The translations under genes and the position numbers were made by a program. Shown in pieces: positions 44,984 to 53,687 of a stretch of DNA of 62,969 bases (positions are counted from its first letter, which is position 1; each line of letters opens with the position of its first letter). Origin of the DNA: an uncultured Chitinophagaceae bacterium (GTDB lineage: Bacteria; Bacteroidota; Ignavibacteria; UBA10030; UBA8401); contig CAYHZL010000001.1 of NCBI GenBank assembly GCA_964361075.1, positions 1 through 62,969 on the forward strand, read 5' to 3'. The notes under the pieces are model-generated. The model was given only the letters and a program-made list of their open reading frames with translations, had not been told where the DNA came from and made no database searches.

Positions 44984-45074
44984 CGCTCAAAATGTTTTTA
45001 AGCTCTTTGAACTAACAACCGCTCAAAAAGTGGATGCGTGCAAATCGCTCACTCGATAAAACGCTCAAAAAGTG
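44984..45074. repeat. Three direct copies of CGCTCAAAA(AGTG) in the intergenic region upstream of fni
   Basis: Copies lie at 44984-44992, 45020-45032 and 45062-45074, spaced 36 and 42 bp apart. GCGTGCAAATCG and GTGCGTAAATCGTGC are also repeated nearby. Confidence 0.45.
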
Positions 45075-45125
45075 AATGAGCGCTTTTAAACGGCAGTGCG
45101 TAAATCGTGCAGGAGTGTACAACGT

Positions 45126-45581
45126 TCACGCGCCGAGCAACGTACGAATTGATTGTATTATTTCCGAAACACAGTATGGTTTGCTAAAACACTCTTTGAT
45201 ACCTTCTTGTAACAATAACTCTTTTTCATTCTGCTCCATAAAACCGCTGACAACAATTGTTTTTACGTGCGGATTTATTTTTTTCATTTTTTTGAAAACA
45301 GCCAAACCATCTAATGTGGGTAATCCTAAATCGGAAAGAACAATATCTATGGCTGTGTATTGCTTGGCATACATTTGTACAGCTTCTTCGCCATCACCGG
45401 ATGTAATAACCGAGTAGCCTTGTTCTTCCAGCTCTTCCTTCATAAGCCGGCATAACACTTCTTCATCCTCTATGAGCAAAATTGTATCTTTGCCTTTGAA
45501 TGAAGACGGTGTTACATCTTTATTGATTATATTTTCCACGTATGATACTATTTGGTAATTTTTTTTGGAAATAATTTCCAA
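45126..45581 (-). CDS. single-domain response regulator (CheY-like receiver)
   Basis: 151 aa with ILLIEDEE, the phospho-accepting region VLSDLGLPTLDG and KP near the end. TTG start, so the true start is uncertain. Confidence 0.82.
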   Translation of the reverse strand: MEIISKKNYQIVSYVENIINKDVTPSSFKGKDTILLIEDEEVLCRLMKEELEEQGYSVITSGDGEEAVQMYAKQYTAIDIVLSDLGLPTLDGLAVFKKMKKINPHVKTIVVSGFMEQNEKELLLQEGIKECFSKPYCVSEIIQSIRTLLGA

Positions 45582-45690
45582 CGCTGTTTCCGTTTACAAA
45601 GGAAATTGATATGCAAATAAATGTAGGAATATTGAAAGTAAGTTCCAATTCACAGGAATTACTGGGGTGGGATTGCGACAAACGAAATTG

Positions 45691-45765
45691 TCGGGGCGAG
45701 AGGATTCGAACCTCCGACTTCTTGCTCCCAAAGCAAGCGCTCTAGCCGGGCTGAGCTACGCCCCG
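45691..45765 (-). tRNA. tRNA-Pro (anticodon UGG)
   Basis: Hand-folded cloverleaf: acceptor CGGGGCG/CGCCCCG, D arm GCTC...GAGC, anticodon arm CTTGC-TTTGGGA-GCAAG, 5-nt variable loop, T arm GGAGG-TTCGAAT-CCTCT, discriminator A. CCA is not encoded. Confidence 0.95.
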
Positions 45766-45827
45766 AAAATTCTTATCTAATATAAAAAAAAAATCGGTGG
45801 TCTGCAAAAAGATTCTTCGTAAAATAC

Positions 45828-46120
45828 ATGAGTCCACTCTAAAAAGTCAAAATGAAAGAAAAAAGGTAACTCCTAAGTAACTCACATCGTGAGTTACTCT
45901 TTTTGAAAAAAATTCGCCACAGGCGTACTGAACGCGCTACTCAGCAGATGCTGACTTAATAATAGAACACGGATGACACGGGTTTACACGGATTATTTTA
46001 TTGATTTTTAGAGATGCCCTTTATGAAGAAACTCCATTTTATCAGTTCGCCGCGGCGAATCAGTCAAATCCGTGTTTCGCCGCGGCGAATGTTCTATTTT
46101 TTCTAACCGCTGAGTAGTTA
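45828..46120. repeat. Composite of repeat modules next to tRNA-Pro
   Basis: Contains a solo half-arm ATGAGTCCACTCTAAAAAG (45828-45846), module 45866-45944 (inverted counterpart of 29294-29411), a TTTTTAGAGATGCCC module near 46009, two TTCGCCGCGGCGAA copies (46046-46059 and 46076-46089), and 46059-46117, which is identical to 29245-29303. Confidence 0.7.
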
Positions 46121-46148
46121 CTGGAAATAGTTTTATGAATTACTCATG

Positions 46149-47672
46149 CTATGTTGCAATAGCGTGAAGAAGGTCATCAATGCTCAGTGGTTTGGGAAGA
46201 AGAATATCTACGGCAGTTTCCTGCAATTCAACGGTGGAAATCCGCTCACTCCATCCTGTGGTTAAAATAATTTTTATTTTCGGAAAAAGTACGCGCATCT
46301 TTTCGGCAAGTTCCCAGCCATTGAGATCGGGCAATGCTAAATCAGTAATAAGTACATCAGGTAAAAATTTTTTTGAAACCATCAATGCCTCTCTACTGCT
46401 GACAAGAGATTTTGTAATATATCCTTCGCCGCGCAGTACATTATCAATCACCCTTAACACGACATCGTCATCATCAACAATAAGAATATTGCACACTGGT
46501 TTTTTCTGTAAAGACTCTGCATGCTTGCTGATTCCACCCACGGCAGGCATCACTTCATTTTTCGGAAAGTGAATAAAAAAAGTCGTCCCTTTGTCAGGTT
46601 CCGATGTTAATGTTAATTTTCCTTTCATCTTACGAAGAAGCTCGCGTACGATCGTTAAGCCAAGTCCAACATGTAATTCTCCTTTTGTAGTGTACCGCGG
46701 CTGAAAAATTTTTTCCTGAACATCTGTTGGAATCTCGGGACCATTGTTGTGAAGTTTCACTATAATTTCAGCAGGCGTATTCTCGGCGGAGAGAGCAATG
46801 TGTCCGCTATTGTGTATTGCTTCGAATGCATTACGCAGCAAAAGAAAAAATATTTCCCGCACTTCCGGTGCATACCCAAAGATTTCAGGAAGTTGATAAA
46901 ATTCTTTTTCAACTGAAATAGTAGAACGCTTATCCTTGAAGGATGAAAGATATGGATCGAGTATTGTGATCGCCTCGTCAAATATAGTTTGTACAAAAAA
47001 TGGACCGAAAGATACATGGCGGTTTTTTTGCACAAACTGATGCAATTCTTTTACTGCTGCAACTCCTTCTTCTGCCGATTGAGCGATAAAGGTAGACTCT
47101 CGTAACACTTTTTCATCATGGGTTTTCATTTGCAGCAGTTGTGTTCGTCCAACAATTGCGCCGAGAATATTGCTGAACTCATGAGCAGTAATACTTGCCA
47201 TTTCACCGATAGCTTTTACTTTGTCGGTCTGCATCATGTGATGCTGGGTTTGGCGTAACACTTGGCGCGTTTGAATTAACTCTTGCTGCAACTCATAGAC
47301 TTCTACAGTATTGCTTTGGAGAGGAACAATGACTCCCTCAAAAATAAATTTGCCATGCGAGGTAGAGGAAGATGTTCCGTTCAACGTAACGGAAATATTA
47401 TTCTCTGCGCGAGTACGCAATTCAACATGGAAATTTTTGATCTCGTGACCATTAGTACATAAACCGGAAAAATTTTCACGCTCTGATTGAACAGAAAAAA
47501 TTGAATGCTTTGATGTTGCATGTCGTATTTCATCTTCTGTTGTGTAGCCAAGCAATTCAAGAGTTGGTACATTGGCGGCAAGTATTTCACCGTTGGGCGT
47601 CATGACAGCGATGCATTCGCAAACGAAATGTGCAAAGGGTGGAAGTTGTAGATATTGATTTTCTTGTGTCAT
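46149..47672 (-). CDS. hybrid sensor histidine kinase (PAS - HisKA - HATPase - receiver)
   Basis: 507 aa with H-box ITAHEFSNILGAI, G-box GLGLTIVRELL and a C-terminal receiver (ILIVDDDD ... ITDLALPDLNG ... KP). Confidence 0.87.
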   Translation of the reverse strand: MTQENQYLQLPPFAHFVCECIAVMTPNGEILAANVPTLELLGYTTEDEIRHATSKHSIFSVQSERENFSGLCTNGHEIKNFHVELRTRAENNISVTLNGTSSSTSHGKFIFEGVIVPLQSNTVEVYELQQELIQTRQVLRQTQHHMMQTDKVKAIGEMASITAHEFSNILGAIVGRTQLLQMKTHDEKVLRESTFIAQSAEEGVAAVKELHQFVQKNRHVSFGPFFVQTIFDEAITILDPYLSSFKDKRSTISVEKEFYQLPEIFGYAPEVREIFFLLLRNAFEAIHNSGHIALSAENTPAEIIVKLHNNGPEIPTDVQEKIFQPRYTTKGELHVGLGLTIVRELLRKMKGKLTLTSEPDKGTTFFIHFPKNEVMPAVGGISKHAESLQKKPVCNILIVDDDDVVLRVIDNVLRGEGYITKSLVSSREALMVSKKFLPDVLITDLALPDLNGWELAEKMRVLFPKIKIILTTGWSERISTVELQETAVDILLPKPLSIDDLLHAIAT

Positions 47673-47687
47673 TATTTTGGGAATTGT

Positions 47688-48089
47688 TTACGCGGCTTTG
47701 TGAAGCAACTGCTCCATTGCTTGTAGTAATTTAGCAAAATCTACAATTGGTTTTGCAATATAATCATCTGCGGCACTGGCGATTAAAAATTTTTCCATAT
47801 CTTCACGCATCGCGTGAGCAGTTGCAAGCATAATGGGAATAGTTTTTCCGTTCGCCGACATTTTCATTGCTTTACTTAATTGCAAACCATCAACAGAAAT
47901 ACCCTGATACAGAGTATTCGACAATGACACATCCATGATCACGGCGTTGACTGTACCGGATAGATACAGACCAACTGCAAAGTCGCCGTCTTCTGTTACT
48001 GTTACTGTATGGTTTGCCATCCGAGAAAGGACAAGGTCAAAAAGTTCAGCATTCACGGGATCATCTTCAACGACCAGAATATGTGCCAT
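47688..48089 (-). CDS. single-domain response regulator
   Basis: 133 aa with ILVVEDDP, IMDVSL and AKP receiver motifs. Confidence 0.85.
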   Translation of the reverse strand: MAHILVVEDDPVNAELFDLVLSRMANHTVTVTEDGDFAVGLYLSGTVNAVIMDVSLSNTLYQGISVDGLQLSKAMKMSANGKTIPIMLATAHAMREDMEKFLIASAADDYIAKPIVDFAKLLQAMEQLLHKAA

Positions 48090-48104
48090 GGTGTACCTTT
48101 CAGA

Positions 48105-49712
48105 TCAAGCGTGTTCCGTTACAGGTTCGCTGCTAAAATTTTTTACTGTTTGTACGAGCTGATGAATATCAATCGGTTTGACAAATGCTTTGGTAACATT
48201 ACCCTCACCGTCAAACTCTTCTACTTCTCTGCAAATGTCGGAGTGCCCACTCATTAAGATAAACGGAGTGCGCGTAAGCGCCGGTATCTCGCGAATTTTT
48301 TTCAGCAGGTCAAATCCATTTGAAAGATTCGCTCCACTGGCAGATGGCAACGCATAGTCGCTAAGAATCACGAACGGTTTCATTTCGATAATTTCCGGCA
48401 ACGCTTCATCGGCTGTGGTTACGGAATGAATACGGTATGCACCGGAATCTTCAAAGACATCACGAATGAGTGTTGAGTACATTACATCATCTTCGATAAT
48501 ATAAATGAGCGGCAATTGTTCATTCGTTGGTGTAGCATGTTGTGGTGCACTCGGTTGTGTTGCTGTGTGCAGTTTTTCTTTCTGAGTTCCTATCGGTAAA
48601 CGAAAAACAACACGCGTCCCTTTTTCTATGCCTTCACTTTCCAAAGAAATAACACCTCCCATTTTTTCTACCAGACTTTTTGTAATTGCTAATCCTAAAC
48701 CTGTTCCACCTGATTGCCGGCCAAGCAACGAATCAACTTGAGCAAACATTTTAAAGAGCCGATGCTGTGCAGTTTTGGGAATACCAATACCGGTATCAAC
48801 AACTGAAAATTCCACATACCCTCGCTGCGGAAATTGTTCGACGGTAAATGTGATACCGCCTTCGTTGGTAAATTTCACGGCATTGGAAAGTAAATTGAGA
48901 AGCACTTGCTTACACCGGGCGCGGTCAGCATTGACAAACACATTGCCTTCCGGTAACGCAGTATAGTGCAAGTAAATTCCTTTTTCATTTGTTTGTACTT
49001 CAATGAGACCCGCTACTTCACTCCACAGTTCTTCAAAATTAACAATTTCACTTTCCAACCGAAGCTTCCCTGCTTCTATTTTTGAAATATCCAAAATATC
49101 GTTAATTAATTTAAGAAGATGTTTTGAACTTGAGAGCGCCAGATTAAGAAATTTATTTTCTTCATCTTTATTATGTGCAACTCCTTGTAACACTAAATTG
49201 AGAAATCCGATAATGCCGTTTAACGGCGTGCGAAGTTCGTGTGATGTAGTGGCGAGAAATTGATTTTTAAGTTCATTGGCTTTTTCAAGACGCCGATTGT
49301 TTTCTTCTAAACGCTGGCGGTATTCCAATAAAAGGTGCTCGTCTTCTTTTTTCTCTGTGATGTCGCGGAAAATACTAACAAATCCAATGTGTTTGTTCTC
49401 GGAATCTTTGAGCAATGAAAAGAAAGCTTCAACCGTCAACAAGTTGCCGTTTTTATCGGGCTGATTAATTTCACCATTCCATACACTATTATTGGCAAGA
49501 GAGTTCGCCATCTCCCGTTCTGTTGCTCGATCTACATACGACGAAAGTTTAAAAACATCGTGCAGCGATTTACCCATCACTTCGCTGAGTTGCCAGCCAT
49601 ATTTATTTTCTGCCGCAGCATTCCATTGCAGAATATTAAATTCCAAATCCACCACAACAATGGCATCCTGAATGCGCTCAAAGATATCTTTATATATATT
49701 GTGTTCGCTCAT
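48105..49712 (-). CDS. hybrid sensor histidine kinase (PAS - HisKA - HATPase - receiver)
   Basis: 535 aa with H-box TSHELRTPLNGI, N/G boxes (LLNLLSNAVKFT, DTGIGI, GGTGLGLAITK) and a C-terminal receiver. Confidence 0.9.
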   Translation of the reverse strand: MSEHNIYKDIFERIQDAIVVVDLEFNILQWNAAAENKYGWQLSEVMGKSLHDVFKLSSYVDRATEREMANSLANNSVWNGEINQPDKNGNLLTVEAFFSLLKDSENKHIGFVSIFRDITEKKEDEHLLLEYRQRLEENNRRLEKANELKNQFLATTSHELRTPLNGIIGFLNLVLQGVAHNKDEENKFLNLALSSSKHLLKLINDILDISKIEAGKLRLESEIVNFEELWSEVAGLIEVQTNEKGIYLHYTALPEGNVFVNADRARCKQVLLNLLSNAVKFTNEGGITFTVEQFPQRGYVEFSVVDTGIGIPKTAQHRLFKMFAQVDSLLGRQSGGTGLGLAITKSLVEKMGGVISLESEGIEKGTRVVFRLPIGTQKEKLHTATQPSAPQHATPTNEQLPLIYIIEDDVMYSTLIRDVFEDSGAYRIHSVTTADEALPEIIEMKPFVILSDYALPSASGANLSNGFDLLKKIREIPALTRTPFILMSGHSDICREVEEFDGEGNVTKAFVKPIDIHQLVQTVKNFSSEPVTEHA

Positions 49713-49729
49713 ATCTCTGTGGTCTTCTC

Positions 49730-50929
49730 TTATTTCGATTCAGCAAAGATATATACGCCTGTTAAAATTGGATCGAGTTGGTGGTGTGCAGTAATTTTTT
49801 TGATGGTGTTTTCATTAAGCACGGTGTTTTCGGTCAGCAGTTTAACGCCGGTGCCGGTATACAAATCGCGCGCAATTTTCATTCCGGGCTGTAATTCAAG
49901 CACGGAAATTTGTCTTTTTTTCTCCGCGCTAAATTCCTGATCGTTCGTTTGTAAAAAATCAACGACAAGCATCGTAATGTGCGGATCGTACAGTATTCCT
50001 TTTTTATTCATTAACTCGTCCACTACATGGCGTAATGTTGTGGATGGCTTTTGCAGTATGGTTTCAACACCATTAATAATACGCTGTATGCGTGCACCAA
50101 GCGGAATTTCCTCTTGCATTAATCGATCAGGATATCCTGTACCATCATAGTTTTCCATCTGATGACGAATAATATAAGCAACGGATTTTAACACAGGGAT
50201 TTCTTGGATGAGCAACTGTCCGCAGACGGGGAAGTGTATTAACTCTGCTTGTTCTTCGGTTTTTAATTCGTTCGGATTTTTTCTTACCAACGAATCGGGC
50301 ATAGATATTTTTCCGATTTCGTGCAATAATGCAGCATACAAAAAATCTTCAATCCTATCTTCTGCGATGGAAAGTTTTTTGCATACCCATTCCGTTATAT
50401 CTTTTGCTCGTTTACTTCGCGCAGATGCATTGGGAACACGTAGTTCAATTAAATTAGAAAGCAATGCGATGACACCACGAAAGCTGCCTTCCAATTCCGT
50501 ATTAAGTTTTGCAAGCTGTGCTTTATCTGCTTCAACATTATCTTGCAACGCTTTAATGCGAAGAAACGCATTCACTCTCGAAAGCAATTCATCGGAATGA
50601 TATGGCTTGGTTAAATATTCATCAGCGCCAATATTTAATCCTTTAATTTTATTTTGTACATCCTCAACACCGGTCAACAGAATAAATATTGCGTTGCGGA
50701 GAACCGGATGCTGTTTCACTTTCACGCACAAATCAAAACCGGTTCCTCCGGGCATATTGAAATCACTGATAATAATATCAGGTTTAACACGCTCACACAA
50801 GACGTACGCATCCCGCATGTTGATTGCCTGATGCACAACATACTCCGTATTATGTTGCAGTGTTTTTGCTAACAGCAGCAACTCAATCGGTTCATCTTCT
50901 ACTATTACGATGATAGGTTTTTTGTTCAC
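49730..50929 (-). CDS. response regulator with an HD-GYP-type output domain (variant metal ligands)
   Basis: 399 aa with receiver (IVIVEDEP...ISDFNMPGGTG...KP) and an HD-GYP-like region. The canonical LLHDIGK is LLHEIGK here, and the HHE..DG.GYP motif is RHQMENYDGTGYP. It overlaps the motB stop by 4 nt. Confidence 0.8.
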   Translation of the reverse strand: MNKKPIIVIVEDEPIELLLLAKTLQHNTEYVVHQAINMRDAYVLCERVKPDIIISDFNMPGGTGFDLCVKVKQHPVLRNAIFILLTGVEDVQNKIKGLNIGADEYLTKPYHSDELLSRVNAFLRIKALQDNVEADKAQLAKLNTELEGSFRGVIALLSNLIELRVPNASARSKRAKDITEWVCKKLSIAEDRIEDFLYAALLHEIGKISMPDSLVRKNPNELKTEEQAELIHFPVCGQLLIQEIPVLKSVAYIIRHQMENYDGTGYPDRLMQEEIPLGARIQRIINGVETILQKPSTTLRHVVDELMNKKGILYDPHITMLVVDFLQTNDQEFSAEKKRQISVLELQPGMKIARDLYTGTGVKLLTENTVLNENTIKKITAHHQLDPILTGVYIFAESK

Positions 50930-51699
50930 TCGTTTTGTAACCCTTCAAATTTTACGATGATACTGATTCGGCGATTTGTTACATCGTACGGATCTTTTTT
51001 GTTGCGTAATATCTTATCAGCAAAGCCGCGCACCTGATCCATCTTGAATTGATCGATACCGTTCTTTGATAACACTCTTCTTGCCGAGTTAGCACGATCG
51101 GCGCTGAGTTCATAATTTGTATAGGTGGCATCGCTACTATACGGCCGGCTATCAGTGTGCCCTTCCACAATAATATGATTCGGCATTTTTCCGACTTCTG
51201 CCGCAATTATTTTTAGAATTTGTTCGGCTTCCGGCTTTAGTTTTGCAGTGCCTACATCAAAGAAGAATGCATCGGATGATTCAACAAGTTCGATGCGCAA
51301 TCCGTCTTTTACCATTTCCATGGTGATTTGGTTTTTCAATTTAAGGGCTTGCTGCTGTGCGCTTAAATCTTTTTTAATTTTTTCTCCCATTTTTTCCAGC
51401 ATCGCTTTTTCGTTTGCCGATCGCTTCATATTGCTGATTTCATCTGCAGCCATTCCTTTGCCACCAAGCATTGCACCTGTTTTTGTTTTTTCATTAAATG
51501 CACCGGGGTCGCGAAAATATTCCGATACGTATGATTTCACATCTTTACTCTGCCCGGTAATCCATAATACAATAAACAATGCCATCATTGCCGTTACAAA
51601 ATCTGCGTAGGCAACTTTCCATGCGCCACCATGACCTCCGCCATGTCCGGAAACTTTTTTAACAATGCGTATGGGTTGTTCTTTTTCTACGTTATTCAT
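50926..51699 (-). CDS. motB: flagellar stator protein MotB (set 1)
   Basis: 257 aa with a TM plug region carrying the conserved Asp (WKVAYADFVTAMMALFIVLW) and a C-terminal OmpA-like peptidoglycan-binding domain (GHTDSRPY...NRRISI). Confidence 0.88.
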   Translation of the reverse strand: MNNVEKEQPIRIVKKVSGHGGGHGGAWKVAYADFVTAMMALFIVLWITGQSKDVKSYVSEYFRDPGAFNEKTKTGAMLGGKGMAADEISNMKRSANEKAMLEKMGEKIKKDLSAQQQALKLKNQITMEMVKDGLRIELVESSDAFFFDVGTAKLKPEAEQILKIIAAEVGKMPNHIIVEGHTDSRPYSSDATYTNYELSADRANSARRVLSKNGIDQFKMDQVRGFADKILRNKKDPYDVTNRRISIIVKFEGLQNE

Positions 51700-51730
51700 A
51701 AGTATTATTTTTCAAATACAAAATTACTAC

Positions 51731-51864
51731 TTAGTCGTCCCTTAAAAAATGCGAGTGATGCCATGAGTGTAATACAATGATTCAGAAATAATTCAAATTT
51801 TCACGTTCTTGATAAACAAACTCATGGCATCACTTTGTAAATAAGACTTTTTAAGGTTCAACTA
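51731..51864. repeat. Palindromic element, family C, copy 2, between motA and motB
   Basis: Nearly identical to 35035-35169. It fills most of the 162-nt motA-motB spacer, and its right end overlaps the motA stop codon (51862-51864). Confidence 0.8.
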
Positions 51865-52725
51865 CTTGCCCGACTTTGCTTGTTTGCATGCTTCTTCCGT
51901 TTCACGAAATGTCGGACGCACATCGCTGTAAATAACACGCCGCGCAAATTCGACAGCCATTACCGGCGGATTGCCTTTTGCGTACGCAACAATACCGGAT
52001 TTAATACACGTTATGTACCGTGCTTCAGATTGATTAAGAAATTCCAAACTGGTTGCAAATGGTCCAACAAATCCGTAGGACATTAATACGCCGAGAAATG
52101 TACCAACAAGTGCTGCGGCAACATGATGACCAACTTCTTCCGGTGGTCCGCCAATCGCTTGCATCGTAACAATAATTCCTAACACTGCCGCCACAATTCC
52201 TAAACCGGGCAAGGCATCGCCAACTTTTGAAAATGTTGCAGGATAGCCGGCGTTCTCTTCGTGGTGTGTGTCGCTGTCGGCATCGAGCAATATTTCGATA
52301 TCTTGAGCAGGCACGCCGCCGCTCAACATAAGTTTCAATGTGTCGCACAAATAATAAATTGCGTGGTGCTTTTCAAGCAGAAATTTATTTTTAGTAAAAA
52401 TGGTACTCTTTTCCGGATTTTCTACATGCTGCTCAACATTAATAAGACCATCTCTCGTCGCAACGTGAAAAAGTTCGAAGAGTGTTTTCAAAAGATTAAG
52501 ATATTCTTTTTTTGTGTACAGGTCTCCTTTCAACACCAGTCCGAATTTGCCTCCCAGTCCTTTTATTATTCTCATTGGTGTTCCGATAAGTAAAGAACCA
52601 ATTGCAGCAGCACCGATAACAATAAATTCAGGAATCTGCAGGAGTACTAGCAGTGGTCCACCAGCCATTAAGAACCCGCCAATGACACCAACAATTACAA
52701 CAACTATTCCTATAATGACAAACAT
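51862..52725 (-). CDS. motA: flagellar stator protein MotA (set 1)
   Basis: 287 aa with 4 TM segments, a cytoplasmic loop and a MotA/ExbB-type C-terminal channel region (ALPGLGIVAAVLGI...ALVGTFLGVL). Confidence 0.88.
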   Translation of the reverse strand: MFVIIGIVVVIVGVIGGFLMAGGPLLVLLQIPEFIVIGAAAIGSLLIGTPMRIIKGLGGKFGLVLKGDLYTKKEYLNLLKTLFELFHVATRDGLINVEQHVENPEKSTIFTKNKFLLEKHHAIYYLCDTLKLMLSGGVPAQDIEILLDADSDTHHEENAGYPATFSKVGDALPGLGIVAAVLGIIVTMQAIGGPPEEVGHHVAAALVGTFLGVLMSYGFVGPFATSLEFLNQSEARYITCIKSGIVAYAKGNPPVMAVEFARRVIYSDVRPTFRETEEACKQAKSGK

Positions 52726-52754
52726 GAATGTTTCCTCAAAAAAAAATTACTTTG

Positions 52755-52858
52755 GGGCATCTCTAAAAACCTTCAAGGTGTATCTTGATCAAATTTTGTG
52801 ATGTTAAAATTTTATGTACATCACAAAAATAAAAACCTTGAAGGTTTCGTAACTAGTG
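52755..52858. repeat. Palindromic element, family D, copy 2 (inverted relative to 17231-17338)
   Basis: It has the same GGGCATCTCTAAAAACCTTCAAGG ... CCTTGAAGGTTTCGTAAC architecture. It lies between the REC-HPt gene and motA, and is followed by a further TAGAGATACCC module (52861-52871). Confidence 0.7.
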
Positions 52859-52879
52859 TTTAGAGATACCCTTTGTATT

Positions 52880-53677
52880 CTATGAACTCATTGCTTGTTG
52901 TTGATTACTTTCTTGTATCTTGCGTTGTACATCATCTGCAATTTCTGTAAATCTCGCTTTAATACGTCCAAAACATTCTTCCACTTTTGGCCAATCAACA
53001 GGATCAGCTTTGGCTATATCTTCAAGTTCCGCACCGAGGAACGTGATATCTTCGTAACCAACTGTTGTCCCGCTTCCTTTCAAATCGTGTGCAACTTTCA
53101 CAAGCTGTGATGAATGTTTTAATTCAATAGCAGAAGATATTTTTTTTCGCTTATCATCGAACAGAGAAATGAAATGTTTTGCAAGACGCAATGTCAGCCG
53201 GCGCTGGTCTTCGGCTGTAAAACGGCTGGGAGAAAATTTATTACTTTCTCTCAGGAGCGATTGCTTCTTTACATTTTTAACAAACTCTTCGCCTAATAAC
53301 TCGACAACTTTTTTGTGCAATGTGTCTTCGTTAAATGGTTTAGAAAGTACCGCGTGTGCGCCTGCTTCCACCGCTGCAACTACATGCTGGCGATCGGTGT
53401 GCGCAGAAACAACAATGACCGGTATTGAAGAATTGGGCTGACGCTGTTTCATTGCCCGCAATGTTTTCATCCCGTCAAAATTCGGCATGAGCAAATCTAA
53501 AATAATTAATGCCGGAGTTGATTCAGAAAGTTTTCTTAGTCCTTCTAATCCGTCGTTTGCTGTAATAACAGTAAAATACAGCCTCTGAAAAAAAATCTTC
53601 AACGCTTGCCGCGTTACAGCACCGTCGTCAATAATCAATACGCTGGCAAGTTTATCTTCTTGAATTTGAATCGGCAT
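52880..53677 (-). CDS. response-regulator receiver fused to an HPt phosphotransfer domain
   Basis: 265 aa with receiver (VLIIDDG...ILDLLMPNFDG...SKP) and a C-terminal HPt motif (VAHDLKGSGTTVG). Confidence 0.78.
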   Translation of the reverse strand: MPIQIQEDKLASVLIIDDGAVTRQALKIFFQRLYFTVITANDGLEGLRKLSESTPALIILDLLMPNFDGMKTLRAMKQRQPNSSIPVIVVSAHTDRQHVVAAVEAGAHAVLSKPFNEDTLHKKVVELLGEEFVKNVKKQSLLRESNKFSPSRFTAEDQRRLTLRLAKHFISLFDDKRKKISSAIELKHSSQLVKVAHDLKGSGTTVGYEDITFLGAELEDIAKADPVDWPKVEECFGRIKARFTEIADDVQRKIQESNQQQAMSS

Positions 53678-53687
53678 AGTTACTTCC

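Noticed and set aside
22-46089. Whether the many short palindromic repeats (TTCGCCGCGGCGAA and others) form a CRISPR array
   Set aside because: The copies are scattered over 46 kb in separate intergenic regions with irregular spacing. The repeats are too short (14-18 bp). There are no regularly sized unique spacers and no cas genes in the window.
45766-46148. An integrated mobile element or prophage remnant next to tRNA-Pro
   Set aside because: There is no integrase, no direct repeat of the tRNA 3' end, and only the same short mosaic repeat modules found in other intergenic regions.
50926-52725. Whether the MotA/MotB set flanked by repeats is a Zorya-type (ZorAB) defence module rather than a flagellar stator
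   Set aside because: MotA is 287 aa, whereas ZorA proteins are much longer and carry a long C-terminal tail. No ZorC/D/E-like genes are adjacent. The context is flagellar and signalling genes.
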